From positions 72,974,001 through 73,038,000 of the forward strand of contig OX597821.1 in NCBI GenBank assembly GCA_951406725.2: a stretch of 64,000 nt of DNA, in the 5' to 3' direction. The notes beneath the pieces were generated by a model. That model saw only the letters and a program-made list of their open reading frames with translations, made no database searches and was not told the origin of the DNA. A program made the translations under genes and the position numbers. This stretch comes from Octopus vulgaris (taxonomy: Eukaryota). The first letter of the stretch is position 1; every line of letters starts with the position of its first letter. Positions 1 through 16,100 of this stretch are shown here, one piece after another.

Positions 1-2659
1 TCTATACACACAAATGTCTCTCTCTATATGTATAAAACCATTGTTATATGTGATACTCAAGACGGTAATGGTTGACAGTGGTGAGATCGGAGATGACATT
101 TCCTGGAATAAAACTGTTTTAATTAGTATTATTCATTTGGCATCAAATAGACTTTTGGTCAATAACAAAACCAAACAAGAGAAGGAAAATATAATAAATT
201 AAGCAAAACTAAATTACGTAAAGAATAACTTTTATTTAATCAGTTAATAAATTACAATTGTGGTTTTAGATTAAAAAACAAAAACTTTCTACTGGAAAAT
301 AATAGCAAAATGAGATGTTTTGACGGAGAGTTGTGTTATACGAAGCAAAGGAAAGAGAAAAAAGAACATCTAAACAATGGGAATATTTTAAGTACTTTGT
401 TTGTTAGAGTCATTTCACGTTGCTCCAGTCTACTCGGCTGACAAAAGTGAGTATACCTGCGACGGACTGGCGTCCCGTCCCGGTGGGGAATTTCTACGCC
501 ACTGATACCGGAAAACCGACCCTTGTGAGCCTGGCATGGCTCGAGAAGGAACATTTTTTGTTAGAGTGGTGAAAGGGGTGGGGGTATATTATCTGACTCT
601 GAAGAGAAACGGTCGAATAAGCCCTTCGCTATGCTGTTACATGCCTTGCGTTTGTACTTCAAGTCTCGGCAGAGCTCGTCTTTATCATTCCGTTTTTTTA
701 TTACTAAGCAGTTCCCCAGTTCTTGCAATCATTTCGGTTTCTTCTCACATCTCCTGTAGTTTCAGCGTGATTCCTACGCATTCTCGCCGCTGGAACTCAA
801 GGATTTTCAATAGCTCTTTTCTTCAGACTTACATTTCATAATACTGTTTAAGGACTGCGCAACTCCTTACAAGACTGCTGTAGCTGTTAACAGCAGAAGC
901 TTTTCACCGACTTTTTACTGCTAAACCGTCTTCTGGCATCAAGAGCCGGTAGATTTTGCTAAGGAGGAAATTTCTCCAAGATAGGTTACCATTAATGGCT
1001 GAATCTTGGCTGCTCTTGATCTTAGTCCGTGGCTGGGGTTGTAGTTGAGTGACATTAAAGCATGTTCACGTAAAGGTGGGCCAGTGCGCCTACCTCGCAG
1101 GGTTGACTGCTGCTCCGATGTCCCTTATAGTTTAACATAGGGATGTAAGGTACCTCTGTGCGGCCACGACAAGTCACTGTAAGGAGTCTTGGCGGTAGAG
1201 AGTTTGTGTTCGGGCAGAAGGAGTCTTATGTATTCTGTTCTTTTCGCCCCTACCAAATGGATTAGATTAATGGTTCCCAAAGTAGGAGTTACTGCCCCCG
1301 TGGGGAGGCGGAAAGATCCAGGGTTTGTTGAAGAAAAGTGGGGATGATAATGAAGTGGCCATAAGGGGGCGGTGGATGTAAAGAAAAACAACAAAACAAT
1401 GGGTTGTTTTATTTGTGAAAATAGTTGTTTTGAATTTGCTTTCGAAAGTGATCAATGTTTGTGGAAGTGAGTAGGGAGGGGGAACACTAGGAATATGGTG
1501 TTGATGCCAAGTTGGGTGGGGGTGGCAACAACCTGAGAAAGTTTGGGAACCACTTGATTAGGTGATGGCAGCAGTTAAAAGAAGCGAGTAGCAAGTATTT
1601 GTAATGGCCACAAGTACTAAATACAAGCATTAATTACCCCAGTTCTACTGTTCGGACACTTTATGTAGAAGCAGGTCGAACGCCTGCTTAGGTCCTTCCT
1701 GCTTTACAATTCCTTGACTGAATGTTCAGGTTGCATCAAGTCAACGTCGAAAGATGTGAAGCGTCGGCATTTCTTTAGCTTTTGTTTCGCTTTGAGACAT
1801 CAAAATTCTTGCATTCTCTCACCAACACCGTTCAACTCCTCAACTTGACAAATTTGGGAAACTTTTGCTTAGAGTTCATATTTTTTTGTGCAGATGTTGT
1901 AGTTGCAGCTAATTTAATCCTATCAATGGTTCGTTTGTTTAGTTGTCTCGAGATTCTTTATTTTTGTTTATTTTCAGAAGTGACTGATTAGATTAAAATG
2001 TTTCGCTATTATCAACGCTGATGTTTATCTCAAAATAGCATAATTACGACTCAATTATCAATATCCCAATCAATAAACGTTTTACCTTGCACCATTTCTC
2101 TATTTTCTCTCACAACAATAACATAATAGCTTGATAGCTTCGAGCACATTTTCTGCTGGTCGATATTGAAGCACGTAAGAACAGAGATAATAAGGTTTTA
2201 TACAATATTTCATTTCATCAAACACGTGTCTGAGTTTTAGGGCGACAAATTAACATCACGGAGAATATGATAAAACAGAAATACGTTCTCTCGCCGTATT
2301 ATTAATGTCGTTATTGTTAATGATAAGGCAAGTGATAAGTGAGATAATTGGTAGAGCGCTGGAAAAAATACACTGCATTAAGTTACGTCCCACGAGGGCG
2401 AGTTTACTTTTCATTATTCCAAGATCGATACAGTTAGTACCAGTGATGTACTGGGGTTAATATAATCAACTGTTTACTCGTCCCAAATGCGCGACCTTGT
2501 GACTAAGATTGGGGTCATTATTACAATTAGTAGTCGTAGTTTCAGAGTTCAAATCTTATCGCTGTCAAGTAAAATATTACCAATCAAGCATTTAGTTGGA
2601 TTAAATCGATTCCATTTTCACTCGATATGAGTTTCATGAAGTCTGGGATCTTCTAAGTT

Positions 2660-4340
2660 GGTTTTCTCTTCACTCCTAGCACCAGGGAAATGATATTGGG
2701 TGTTCGGTAAAAATTGAATGACTTTTAAAAACTTGTTTTGTCAGGCACAGCTTGATGCACTCGTGAACAGTCAACGGCGTTGGAGGGCAAAATGATGAAA
2801 GTTGTAATTGAGGAAAAAGTTAGCTGGCATGCAGGACTGGAAGACTTCCTAATACTGGAACAGAAACGCCTTAATGATGATATTTCTCGCCGGGTATCAA
2901 AATGTCAACATCATGACTGCTGATAAATGTGAATATTGTAAAGGATGTAAAACGGGACATGGATTGCTGCAACGGAGACTACGAAGCTGTGGCCAACAGG
3001 AAGGAACACAGCAGATATTCTGGCTGCATCTACATGCCAAAATGCCTCCGTGCATCCTTGAACATGGCCAATACAGACGGCTATTTGAAGCTGCTGGAAA
3101 TTATGGTCAAACCACGACTGGAGAATAATGATATACAAATGTATTGCACTCAAAGCAAGATGACGCAGGCACAGATTGAATAGTTCCTTAAAGTAATATG
3201 AAGCATAAAAACAACGGAAGAAGAAGCAAAGGGAAATTCTACAACAGTGATGAGCATGTCCTTATTCCTACATATCTCGGTTGGAGAGTGGTAAAAATAA
3301 AGGTGACAGAAGTACCACCAAAAGTAGATATCGACTTGTTTACGGTGGCCGTAATATACAGCATAGAAAGTAAAAGGGGTATTTTGGAAGACTTGTCAGG
3401 CACAGGGATGGAACTATTAACCCAAACAGACTAAGAAAACATGGCGGTCATCCCTGATCCGGTCAAACTTTTAAATAGCTTGAAGCTTTATATAATATTT
3501 GAGAGCAAAAGACTGAAATGCAATGTGTAGGGAAGCAAGCCAACTAAGATTTTACTGTTCACTGCAAAAAGAATGTGGGAAGACACCAACCCTATGCTAC
3601 CGACGCCTACACTACAACAATAACAAAAGCAGCAACAACAACAATAGCAGCACCAACAGCAGAAGTACCAAGATTAGTAGCATCAAAAACAGCAACTGCA
3701 ACACAAAAGGGAGCAAGCGAAATGCACTCAACAACATTAGCCACAGATAACTACTCCACAACCAAGAAAAAAGTATGACCTACACCAATAAACCAATCAA
3801 ACTATATATACAGATATAGTCGTCTACGCAGACTTACCTCTTCCACTTCCACAGATTTCCCCAACTAAAAGAATTCGCTTCGAGATGAAATCGATTTGAT
3901 GGAACCCCCAGAACAGATATTTGAAGTGAGGAAGAGAAAAATATAGAAAATGGTTCTCTCAATTCACTATCATACCAGAAAGCAGAGTCTGCAAAAGAGA
4001 CCAAAGGACCAGACATTGGTCTTCAACTGGGGCAGGGTCACTGTCTATCTTACTGGCTTCAGCATAGTTTCCCTCGATTCAATTCCACTCGTAAGGCTTG
4101 GGTCGATACATTGTTTCAGGCTGTTGGAAGATATTTATTCATTGTGCCGAGTAGAGAGCTCGAATTTGGAAGCATGTTATTGCGAATCAAATTTCTTAAC
4201 TCTGCGGACATGTTTACACGCAGCACGAGTTGAAACGGAGAAATATACTGTGACAGAAATCGATAAATTTTACTGAAATTTACTAAAAAACAAAACACAA
4301 AAGCAAACAAAAACAAACAAACAAAAACAAAACAAAACAT
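2660..4340 (+). mobile_element. Decayed Tx1/L1-like non-LTR retrotransposon remnant, mainly ORF1 (gag-like)
   Basis: ORF 3198-3434 contains VLIPTYLGWRVVKIKVTEVPP, which aligns by eye with LFLPTYCGRKLTRAWICGLPA in the CCHC-bearing ORF1 at 50769-51155. A broken knuckle-like stretch (KCNV*...QLRFYC) follows near 3517-3560, then a Thr/Ala-rich linker and an A-rich tail at 4286-4340. Boundaries approximate. Confidence 0.5.
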
Positions 4341-5239
4341 ATTAAAGCTATTGAGTTCTCTTCCGATTAACTTTCAGTTTATGATTGGATGTGTAAAGGA
4401 GCGCAAGGTAATGATCCACTTAATGGCGGTAAACTTATGACGTCATAAGTGAGATGTTAAACTGACGGAGATTCAATAAGTTTAAACATCTTGCAGAGAA
4501 ATCCAATCGACCCAAGATGAATTTATATATTTGCTTAGCGATAACTGCTTTGAATATAAACTTGTATATTGTTATTATAAATGATAACTTTACCTTCATA
4601 AATATATTTGCACATTGTCTATATGTATGTGGACAAGCATATAGGATTTCAGAATTTCATCAGATTAATCTTCTCTCCATACGCACTCGCACAAGCACAC
4701 ACTCACACATTCTCATTTGTCATTACTCACGGTACGTCATTCCTGTATTATTTATCTGTATTCAAGTGTGTACGCACTCGACTACAAACACACACAAACA
4801 CACACACACACACACCACACACACACACACACACTGTATAAACAAACACACCGATTAATGATTAAGTGTGTGTCTATGCGTTTGCGTGTTTGTGTTTGTG
4901 TGTGTGTATTTACGTGTTTGGGTACTTGTGTGTTATGTGTGTGCGTGTGTGCGTGTGTGTGCGTGTGTGTGTGTGTGTGTGCGTGTGTGTGCGTGTAAGC
5001 AAATATTGTTGGTATTTACTATGTACGGGCGATAAAGATGTGAGAAATGTTAAGATGTTCGACAGATTTACTTCCTGGCAGTGTTTAGCATAATCCTTAT
5101 ATTTTGAGTTCAAATCTAGCTGGAGTCTAATTTACCACAGATTCATCCGGAGCCACAGCATGCTAGTGAAACACTTGAATCAATTTTATCGATAAAATGT
5201 ACATCTATAAGAATTCTTCAGTTACTATTTGATGAAATT

Positions 5240-5764
5240 AAGTTAGACATCAATGAAACATGCGAAGCTGACCAAGATACTCTCACGGAATCTGACCAAA
5301 TGTAGTTTATTTTTTAACATAGTCCATGCCACCCCACCCTTTGTGGTCCACGCAGTTCTTCCATCGGTGTTGCAGTGCTTGGATCCCATTGGCGAAGAAG
5401 CTTTTATCCTGTTGGTCAAAATAGTAATCAACAGCAGACACGACCTCATCACTGGTTCCCAGTCAAGTGTTTTTTCCAGATGGGGCCAAACCAGCACAAT
5501 AGGGAGGGTGATCAAAGCCACAGAGAAGGACATCAGCCACTGAAACGAAGGACTTGTGTGTTGGAGCAGTGTCCTGGTGAAACAAGACCCCTTTCCTCGC
5601 TACTAGTTACTTTTTAGGTCCTCTTTGAAAAGTCAGATGTCAATTTACCTAGAAGGAAACAATGTGGTTATCAATAAGAAGTGTTGAAATTGATGCAGGC
5701 AAGGTTTCAGCTCCAGCGTCACTCCTCCATTGACAGCTTATGAACTTTTCAGTCCAACCTCGCA
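5240..5764 (-). mobile_element. Mariner-family DNA transposon, internally deleted
   Basis: Minus strand encodes DEVVSAVDYYFDQQDKSFFANGIQALQHRWKNCVDHKG, a typical mariner transposase C-terminus. A TIR-like end tatgaacttttcagtccaacctcg lies near 5738-5762. A short same-orientation piece recurs at about 6898-6995. Confidence 0.8.
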
Positions 5765-6054
5765 CGGCCACGTTACAATGTTTGTAGTTTCATTGTTGTT
5801 GTTATGTTTAACCTCATAACAGACCTGACCGTAGCATCACTTCATTGTCCTTTTCTTCAGTAACAATATATCTAGGACTACAATATTTAGAGCATCATTT
5901 GTTTCTTTAAGACGGCAGGTTGCAATTAGAAGGAAATTTGTCTGCTATTTCTAGCAAGTTAGGCTTCCACATAAGAGTTCCTTCAACGGCTCATTCAATC
6001 CCGCGTTTGTGTGTATGAGTTTATATAGGAAGCGTGTCAAGTCATGGATATAGA

Positions 6055-6345
6055 CAGGGTTTGGTGGTTAAGAAGTACTCTTCGCACACTTGAAGTCCGA
6101 GGTTCGGTTTCATTGAGATTCGATTGGACAGACGTTTTGCACCATAACTTCAGATCGTTTCAAATCTTGTGACTGGAATTAGGTAGGTGGCACGTGTAAT
6201 TGAATGACCCATCTCGTCACTCACTGTCACACTGATTCTACTTCAGAATTACTTTAAAAGTACACATGGAATACCTGGAAATTACTGTGAATAGGGTTTT
6301 GATTGAAAAACGGGTATAGTCATCGTCGAAATCGACGGAAATCCA
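6055..6345 (+). mobile_element. Degenerate tRNA-derived SINE
   Basis: A-box-like ggtggttaagaag and B-box-like ggttcggtttc, followed by body sequence resembling other SINE copies in the window. Confidence 0.45.
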
Positions 6346-6997
6346 TGTTCTTACGAACGTAATTGTTTTTTTTTTCTCTCTAAAGGAAGCAAGTTTTGCA
6401 ATTTTATATCAGATGTTCTGTAAATCTGAAGTCTTAAGACATTAATTTATATAAAATATTCTACAAGTCTGAAGGTTTCAGGCGAAAAGAACTAAACGAT
6501 GCTTTCGACGCCTGGTGTTTCCATTCCACCCATGTCTTTTGTTGCTGTCGTTTGGAGAAAGAGGTTGGGCCCATGGCTTTCGTAGACTCCATCGCCTTTC
6601 TTTGGAAACGTTTTATTTGAAAAGTTTTTCGAGAGTGTCACTTAAAATATAACCAAACGCACCGTTAATTATCGATATAAATGTGAAACTATAATCACGG
6701 TAAAGAAGCCACATGTTTCGAAGAATTTTTCTATAAATATTCTCCTTTACATTGATTTTGGAGGGAATGTTCACATCTGCATGGCAACTGACTTCAGTGA
6801 CTATAGAACTTTTCTTTTCTGTTTGAAGTCTGTTATGTTTATATTTGCACTTCGGGCAAGATTTAAGGGGAATGTTATACAAATATTCCTTGTGCAGATA
6901 TAGTAATCAACAGCAGACACGGCCTCATCACTGGCTCCCAGTCAAGTGTTTTTTCCTATTGGGGAACAGATGATGGTCAGATGGGGCCAAACCAGCG

Positions 6998-8895
<1,898 letters not shown>

Positions 8896-8896
8896 T

Positions 8897-11800
8897 GATT
8901 AATGGCGAAAATAAATTTATGTCAATAATTAGCATACAACACTATATCACTGCACCAAATCTGAAATCAATTGGAACAAAATTAAAGAAATCTGAAAGTG
9001 GCAGCGAAACAGAAAAGGTCCCCAAATCCCGTTGTTGGATATATGAATAGATTGGAATCACACTGGGACGGTTTGCACCCAAAACTAAATTATTTTACTG
9101 CGAAACAATTACGCCAACAAGCAACATTTGTTGAATACAGGACAAAAGTTAGTGAATGTAACTTTATCCAAAGAAAAGGTGAAATTAATTTTCTTGCAGG
9201 CAGTGTAAACAAATATGTGAACGATATTAGAACACCTCATGGTTTCACAGCGATATTCCAACAGATACCGTACTGCCTGCTATCCAGACTACATTACAGG
9301 CTAAAGCAACTGACCACTGTCTCTCTACTCCCCCTAGGCCACCTTCAGTCTTGGCTGACCATGGGTATCACGTCCGTCCATTTATTGTCTAGGTTGGGTC
9401 GCGCTCAGCTTGAGCAGCACCTCTTGTGGCTATGGAGACCAATGCGAGAATGACAGTCTCGGTCGCATAGATCGCATCTGTGTGTGGATTCTGGTCTGTC
9501 GGATGTCGATCCCTTACCTCGGGATCACTTTTCTGCAGCTGACAGCTTTTCTTCACCGATCCGTAGTTGTTTGAGAAGTGTGCTTTCCCACCCGGTGCAG
9601 TCCGCTTCCAGGTCCTCTCAGGAGTTGATGTAGATGTTGAGCGCCTTCATGTCCCTCCTGCACACGTCCTTGTACCTCAGCTGCGAGCGGCCCTTGTTCC
9701 TCTGTCCTGCTGGGAGTTCTCCGTAGAGAATGTCTTTTGGGATTCGGCCGAATCCCTCTACTACAACTACTATGATAAACAGCGAGCACAACGTTAATGA
9801 CCATTGCAGCGGTGGCCAGTGACATGCACCGATGAAATATACCCTTAATAAAGTATTTCAAGGGAAAATAACTTTAACTTTGAAGAAGGAATATTCTCTA
9901 CAAAAGTAAACAAAAGGTCAGCGGAGACAGTTCTAAGAACTTTGGATGGAAATGGAAAGGAATAAAGCCTCATTCTGGTAGATTAGAGTCTTTTTAGATG
10001 CCTTGATAATACTGCAAAGCAATAAAGGGAAGATACTTAAGAAGTAAACAAAACGGAAACGATGAATAACAGTGCCATTACAGCTTTTGAGTCCAGAGAG
10101 AAAGATTACTGATTCACGGAATACTCGGCCACTTGGCGATGCTTATTGCATTCAAACAAGCAAATTACAAGATGTCTCACTAGTATGAATGAAGAAGAGA
10201 AAAATTATGTTCGGAGATCATGAGAAGAGGATCCCTTGTTACAAACCGATCAACCTCAAAGATGTGCTAAAAGTTGTCTATGAAAGACTCCGACTTCAGA
10301 GGAAAATGCCCGAAAGGAAAACAAAAGACAGGAAGTTCAACCGGAACCAATCAGCAGTGGATAGAGACATGACAGGAGAAGCAGAAAATACCGTAGAAAC
10401 TGCTTTGCGAGAAGAAATATACTCCTGGAGGAAAAATCTGGAGCGAAGAGATGGAATTAAACGGCGATACTCTGTTGATGGAAGAAATTCAAAAGAATTA
10501 TTATTTATGCATCGCACCCAGGTCAGCATCAATGGTGATACCCTTGTAATTGTAATTAAGAATCTTCAGAATGGAAAAAGCACCCGGAAGAAACTTGATT
10601 TCTGTATACTGATACAAGTAGCTAACCTTCTACCGATCATATCTTATTAACCTGTACCAGCAAGCTCTCAATGGGAATTGTAGTATACCACACTGGTTAG
10701 CTCTGGTAGACACAAAACTGATACTTCAAAAGTAGAACCACCCACACGGCAAACAAATTACCGAACCAAGTTCTTGTCGCAATATAATGGATAAAATATA
10801 TACAGCATGTTTAAACCTCTTCTTGGAAGACTTTGGTGAAAATAATATCATCACAGCAGCGGAAGCAGCTGGGAGGAAGGGAGTCTGGTGATGTGCCGAG
10901 CAGTTGTTGAGAAACAAAACTATAATTTCGGAGGTACTTTCGGAGGTATAGGAAGAACTTGGTTTTAATGTGGCTGGACTATAAGAAAGCCCTTGACTTC
11001 AATTCATGGATGCTGGAAGGCCTTTCGACTTGCTAAAGTTCCCGAGAGCACAGTGAAAGACATAGCTGACCTGACTTCATCGTGAGCCACCATCTGAAGT
11101 TAAATGCAGAGAGTGACTCTATCATCATTATTCAACTGTAATATCGGAGAGATATTTCAAGGAGACAACCTCTCTTTGATGCTGTTCATACTTTCAGTAA
11201 GCCCCTTGTCATATATATTGAGGAAGTCTGTGGGCATCTCGCTGGTTCACAAAGAAGCAGAAATACCAAAATTACACACTGCTTCTTCTTGGATGACTTG
11301 AAATTATATGCCAAGAATATGCATATAATGTCGGTTACAACATTCTCAAAGGATATAGGGTTGGAGTTTGGTCAGGATAAGTGCTGCTTTATGGTGGTGA
11401 AAAGAAAAAACTGTAAACCATACTAGCAGCATATCTATCAATAACTTAACCGTCTCTCTTATATTTGGTGAGGAATGTTACAGGTACCTGGTGGGTAGAT
11501 GAAGACATCTTCCGATGATACCCGTAACAACTAACGCGTCTCTAAAGAATATAATCGCCGGACTAGAAAAATATGGATCACGAAGGTCTTTGCATTCAAT
11601 AAAATAGTGACCCACAATGTGTTTTCCGTAGTGATAAGCACGAATAATTTCCACATCATCCAAAAACGAAAAGGAGGGGGCAGAAGTTTAACATCGATCC
11701 AGATCGCTTTTGAATGTAAAAACAGATGCCTTGCAACATCTTTTAATCACCAAGTGTAGACATTTGCATACTCGAGACATATAGCGTGATGACGCTTCGA

Positions 11801-12815
11801 AAGTAACGCCTCGAGAAACATTCCTTGTCGGCTAACCTTAAATACATTCCCAAAGAAGTCGCACGACTCTACCACAACGTAGGAGATGAAAGGAGAAGAC
11901 CACACATGGTCATGTTAGCAGAAAGCTTCAGGATGATACTAACATTGATCATAAGGCAATCTATCGTGGACCGGATTGTTAACCGGATTACTAACTTCTA
12001 CTTTGAAGGGTGTGCATTTGCACTGCAGAAACTGGAAATATCAACCAAATACCTGATACCCAAAAGGGACAGAGACGCAGGCAAAACTTCGAAATATGAT
12101 AACCGATTAAATATCACACACATCATAAGCAGTTGTCCGAAAATGTCATCACAGTATTATCTACCGATGAGACATGATGTTGCAACCATGATGTTGTAAC
12201 CACGTTGTACAATGAGATCCACTGGAAGGATTATCCTGAGGCCAAAGAGATAAGAGCGATAGAGGTCATCACCATTCATATTATGAAGGAGTACTGGTGG
12301 AATGGTTCAGTGAAAACCCCGACAAAATGCAAGCACAGAGATTTGGGAGAGAGAAGAGAAACTGTGGCGGAAATCAGTGGCCCTGCTGATGTCAATATAA
12401 AACTAAAGATCAGCGAGAACTTTACAGCTACTCTGCCTGGATTACAAGTTCAGATTTATACCTGTAACTATTTGGGGAACAATAAACTGCCTAGGCATCA
12501 ATCTTGAGAAAATATCTTTCTGAAAACCAGAAAAGAGAAAGCTAGTTAGGAGATTACAGATACAAGCCAGCAAGTGAACCGTGAAAATATGGAAAACTTT
12601 CCAAAATTTTATTATTTAAGTATATATGCACGTGTCTAGACGTGCATGAGAATATGTACATAAAACGAAACATACACATCTGTCACATGCACTGACTCCA
12701 AATATTGAACAGATACACACAAACATGTTAAAATTCCAATGAAGAAGCCTTGGATCTAAGTTACAAACCGACTCTATCTCCATTTGCAAGAAATTTTGAA
12801 ATAAAAACTGAATAA
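8897..12815 (+). mobile_element. R4/Dong-clade non-LTR retrotransposon (RT plus C-terminal RLE endonuclease), long decayed copy
   Basis: Motifs occur in order across frameshifts: N-terminal GYMNRLESHWDGLHP..TAKQLRQQA; RT motifs WLDYKKALD (~10971), IFQGDNLSLMLF (~11152), HCFFLDDLKLYA (~11277) and DIGLEFGQDKC; then EGCAFALQKLEISTKYL, HIISSCPKMSSQYYLPMRHD, and the RLE region EYWWN..KCKH..EISGPADVNIKLKISE; 3' UTR motif near 12735-12790. Confidence 0.9.
9330..9755 (-). mobile_element. 5'-truncated RTE-clade LINE 3' end inserted into the Dong element
   Basis: Minus strand encodes RIPKDILYGELPAGQRNKGRSQLRYKDVCRRDMKALNI...CDLCDRDCHSRIGLHSHKRCC. Flanked by a 7-bp TSD CTCTACT at 9323-9329 and 9756-9762. 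Confidence 0.92.
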
Positions 12816-12839
12816 TAATATCCATACATGCGTCTGAGA

Positions 12840-13060
12840 TAATCTTAACGACCAGCTGGAAAATCTGTGGATTTCAGAAGAAGGAATTAACCAATCAACA
12901 TGCATATTACAAATGGAAAGTGTTGGCAGAACAGTGAAAATAGACATTTTACTTGGGTTCGAAATGTAAATTTGTTTTCGTTACCTACATTCCGGAGAAG
13001 GAGCTTCGTATCGTTGTTGAAAAGCAGCTCATTCCTTTCAAGAAGACTTCAAGTTATTAA
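12840..13060 (+). mobile_element. R4/Dong LINE 3'-terminal fragment
   Basis: Matches by eye the 3' end and UTR of the minus-strand copies at 19330-19560 and 27290-27420 (aaatgtaaatttgttttcgttacctacattcc...ggagctt). Confidence 0.7.
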
Positions 13061-13106
13061 ATAACTTACATAAAAGCATACATATATGTGTACTTATATA
13101 CATAAG

Positions 13107-13155
<49 letters not shown>

Positions 13156-13319
13156 GCGCGCGCACACGCACACACACACGCACACATTTCACATAGAAGC
13201 AGGTGAAAAGTTTTTCGAGAAACATACATTACTGTCGAGTGAAGAGAGTGCGACTGGAAACTGACACTCTCCAAACAAACACAGCTCTAGCTGTTATTGA
13301 TTAAGGAAATAAAACACGT

Positions 13320-13364
<45 letters not shown>

Positions 13365-13376
13365 ACAATGATGATG

Positions 13377-13410
<34 letters not shown>

Positions 13411-13967
13411 TAATAATACTAATAATAATGAGGATAATGATAATAATGCATAAACAAATAGAATTTCAGATGAAATTAACCACGTTTTAATTATTTTCCC
13501 GATATCTTTAATCAACATGCTTCACTATCTGTCATACCTCCCTCCATATCTACCTATTCGTCTCCGTCGCTTCGTAGCTTTACTTCTGAATATCTCTCTC
13601 TCTCTCTATATATATATATATCTGTCTGTTTATATATCTGTCTGTATATATATCTGTCTCTCACTTCCCATACATCTCTCTCTCTCTAATTGTTCTTCTC
13701 TTCTTGCTCTCCTTGCTCTTGTCTGTCTCAGTCACCTCTATACGTAACTAATTCTTTCTCCCTCTGTTCCTATCCCACGTTCTGTGATGCCCCCTTGTTG
13801 ATTCTAACTACGTATGGCGGTCTCTTCAGCGGAAGTCGTCATCTAACTGAAACTAAAAGAAAAAAACAACAATACAAAATAGTCAATAAACAAACTCCCT
13901 CTCCTTCCGTTCCTTTTAAAACATCTTCTGTTAAAAGTTAATCATGGCAATATTTCAACTTGAGTTT

Positions 13968-14518
13968 AAGGTGGTGAGCTGGCAGAACCGTTAGCACACC
14001 GGACAAAATGCTTAGCGGCATTTCGTCTGACATTATACTCTTTTACTCTTTTACTTGTTTCAGTCATTTGACTGCGGCCATGCTGGAGCACCGCCTTTAG
14101 TCGAGCAACTCGACCCCGGGACTTATTCTTTGTAAGCCCAGTACTTATTCTATCGGTCTCTTTTGCCGATCCGCTAAGTGACGGGGACGTAAACACACCA
14201 GCATCGGTTGTCAAGCAATGCTAAGGGGACAAACACAGACACACACAACACACACACATATATATATATATATACATATATACGACCGGCTTCTTTCAGT
14301 TTCCGTCTACCAAATCCACTCACAAGGCATTGGTCGGCCCGGGGCTATAGCAGAAGACACTTGCCCAAGATGTCACGCAGTGGGACTGAATCCGGAACCA
14401 TGTAGTTGGATAGCAAGCTACTTACCACACAGCCACTCTGAGTTCAAATTCTACCGAGGTCGACTTTGCCTTTCATCCTTTCGGGGTCGATAAATTAAGT
14501 ACCAGTTACGCACTGGGT
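13968..14518 (+). mobile_element. CORE-SINE (OR2-like), split by a nested SINE
   Basis: Head aaggtggtgagctggcagaaccgttagcac at 13968-14040 resumes at 14439 with tgagttcaaattc and the CORE motif gcctttcatcctttcggggtcgataaattaagtaccag. Confidence 0.88.
14037..14438 (-). mobile_element. tRNA-derived SINE with internal (TA)n(TG)n tract and (GAGTAAAA)n tail
   Basis: Reverse complement of the copy at 45409-45900; flanked by ACTC on both sides. Confidence 0.9.
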
Positions 14519-14519
14519 G

Positions 14520-14690
14520 TCTTTGCTACTGTGGTGCCTTTGCTACCAGGGCACAACCCCAGCAGGCTCTCACGAATTTTTCAATATTCTGATCCATATG
14601 CGGCCAGTAAACGTAGTTCCTCATTAGTGCTGTCATTCTCGCGATTCCTGGGTGTCCCATGTGGAATTCTTTTCACATACGGTTTTGCAA
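14520..14690 (-). mobile_element. Gypsy LTR-retrotransposon integrase fragment (HHCC zinc-binding domain)
   Basis: Minus strand encodes EFHMGHPGIARMTALMRNYVYWPHMDQNIE, then VRACWGCALVAKAP, the HxxH...CxxC integrase signature. Confidence 0.85.
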
Positions 14691-15558
14691 ATTACTACCG
14701 GGAAGAAAAGAAAAATGGAGAGAAACGTTGAGAATAAGATAAAATACTCCAAAATCGGTGACAAGATGTTTTTTTAAAAAAAATATACAGAAATGGAAAG
14801 GGAAGTTGGAAAGAAGGTATAAAAAGTAAACGTTTAGCAAAAATAACGTACATGGTAAAAGATCATACGTGGAAACACAAAAGACATTAAAGCCAACTGA
14901 AAAAATGGTTTACGGAAGAAAGTATAAGATATGAAGACCAACGGAAATTCTTTATGACATTTTTGACTTCCCGGTACCTCAAGGAATAGTCAAACAACGA
15001 GTACATCAACTAGCAAAAGAAAACAAACAGAACTTTCGCAAGTAGAACCAAAACGAAAAAATATTCCAATTTCTTCCCAGGGAATTAAGTAAAAAAAGGG
15101 GGGGGGGAGAGAGGTGATAATAAATATATAATAAATAAAAGAAAAATATTGACTTCCAAGGAAAGTCAAATTCAAAAAGGGGAGGTGTGGTAAAATCCTG
15201 ACACCCCTATGGGATAACAAGTGAACTGTCCTAAACCTTATAAAGGCGCATGTGTACTAACAGTGGGAGGTACAGCGTGGAGTGTGCATTTGCATTTGTG
15301 AAGGCAGTCGTAGAAGTCGTTGAGAAGAGATAAGGATATAGCGATATATTTACGCGTGTCTAAGATTTATTCAATATTTTCATTGTGTAAATTCTGATTC
15401 ATCTTTACAAAAGACCGTCTGATATTAAAATGTTCAAGTAAATTAAAGTAAATTAAAACTTGTTCTTTTAATTAATTGATTAATTAATTAATTCTCAGAT
15501 CCTACAATGGTTTTGTTTGAGGTATACATACACAGAGAGACGGATATCTATAACATAA

Positions 15559-15635
<77 letters not shown>

Positions 15636-15661
15636 GCTCTTTCATTCTTTCTTCATATATA

Positions 15662-16017
<356 letters not shown>

Positions 16018-16047
16018 TGTATGTATGTATGTATATGTATGTATGTA

Positions 16048-16100
<53 letters not shown>

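Noticed and set aside
336-1700. GC-richer stretch resembling a decayed retroelement on the minus strand, with ctgaagagaaacggtc near 599
   Set aside because: No protein motif recognised and the HHR-like words lack a stem II; left unannotated.
14700-15300. A-rich, coding-like sequence possibly from a LINE ORF1 tail; similar doubt for 59700-60170
   Set aside because: Similarity is too weak to assign by eye.
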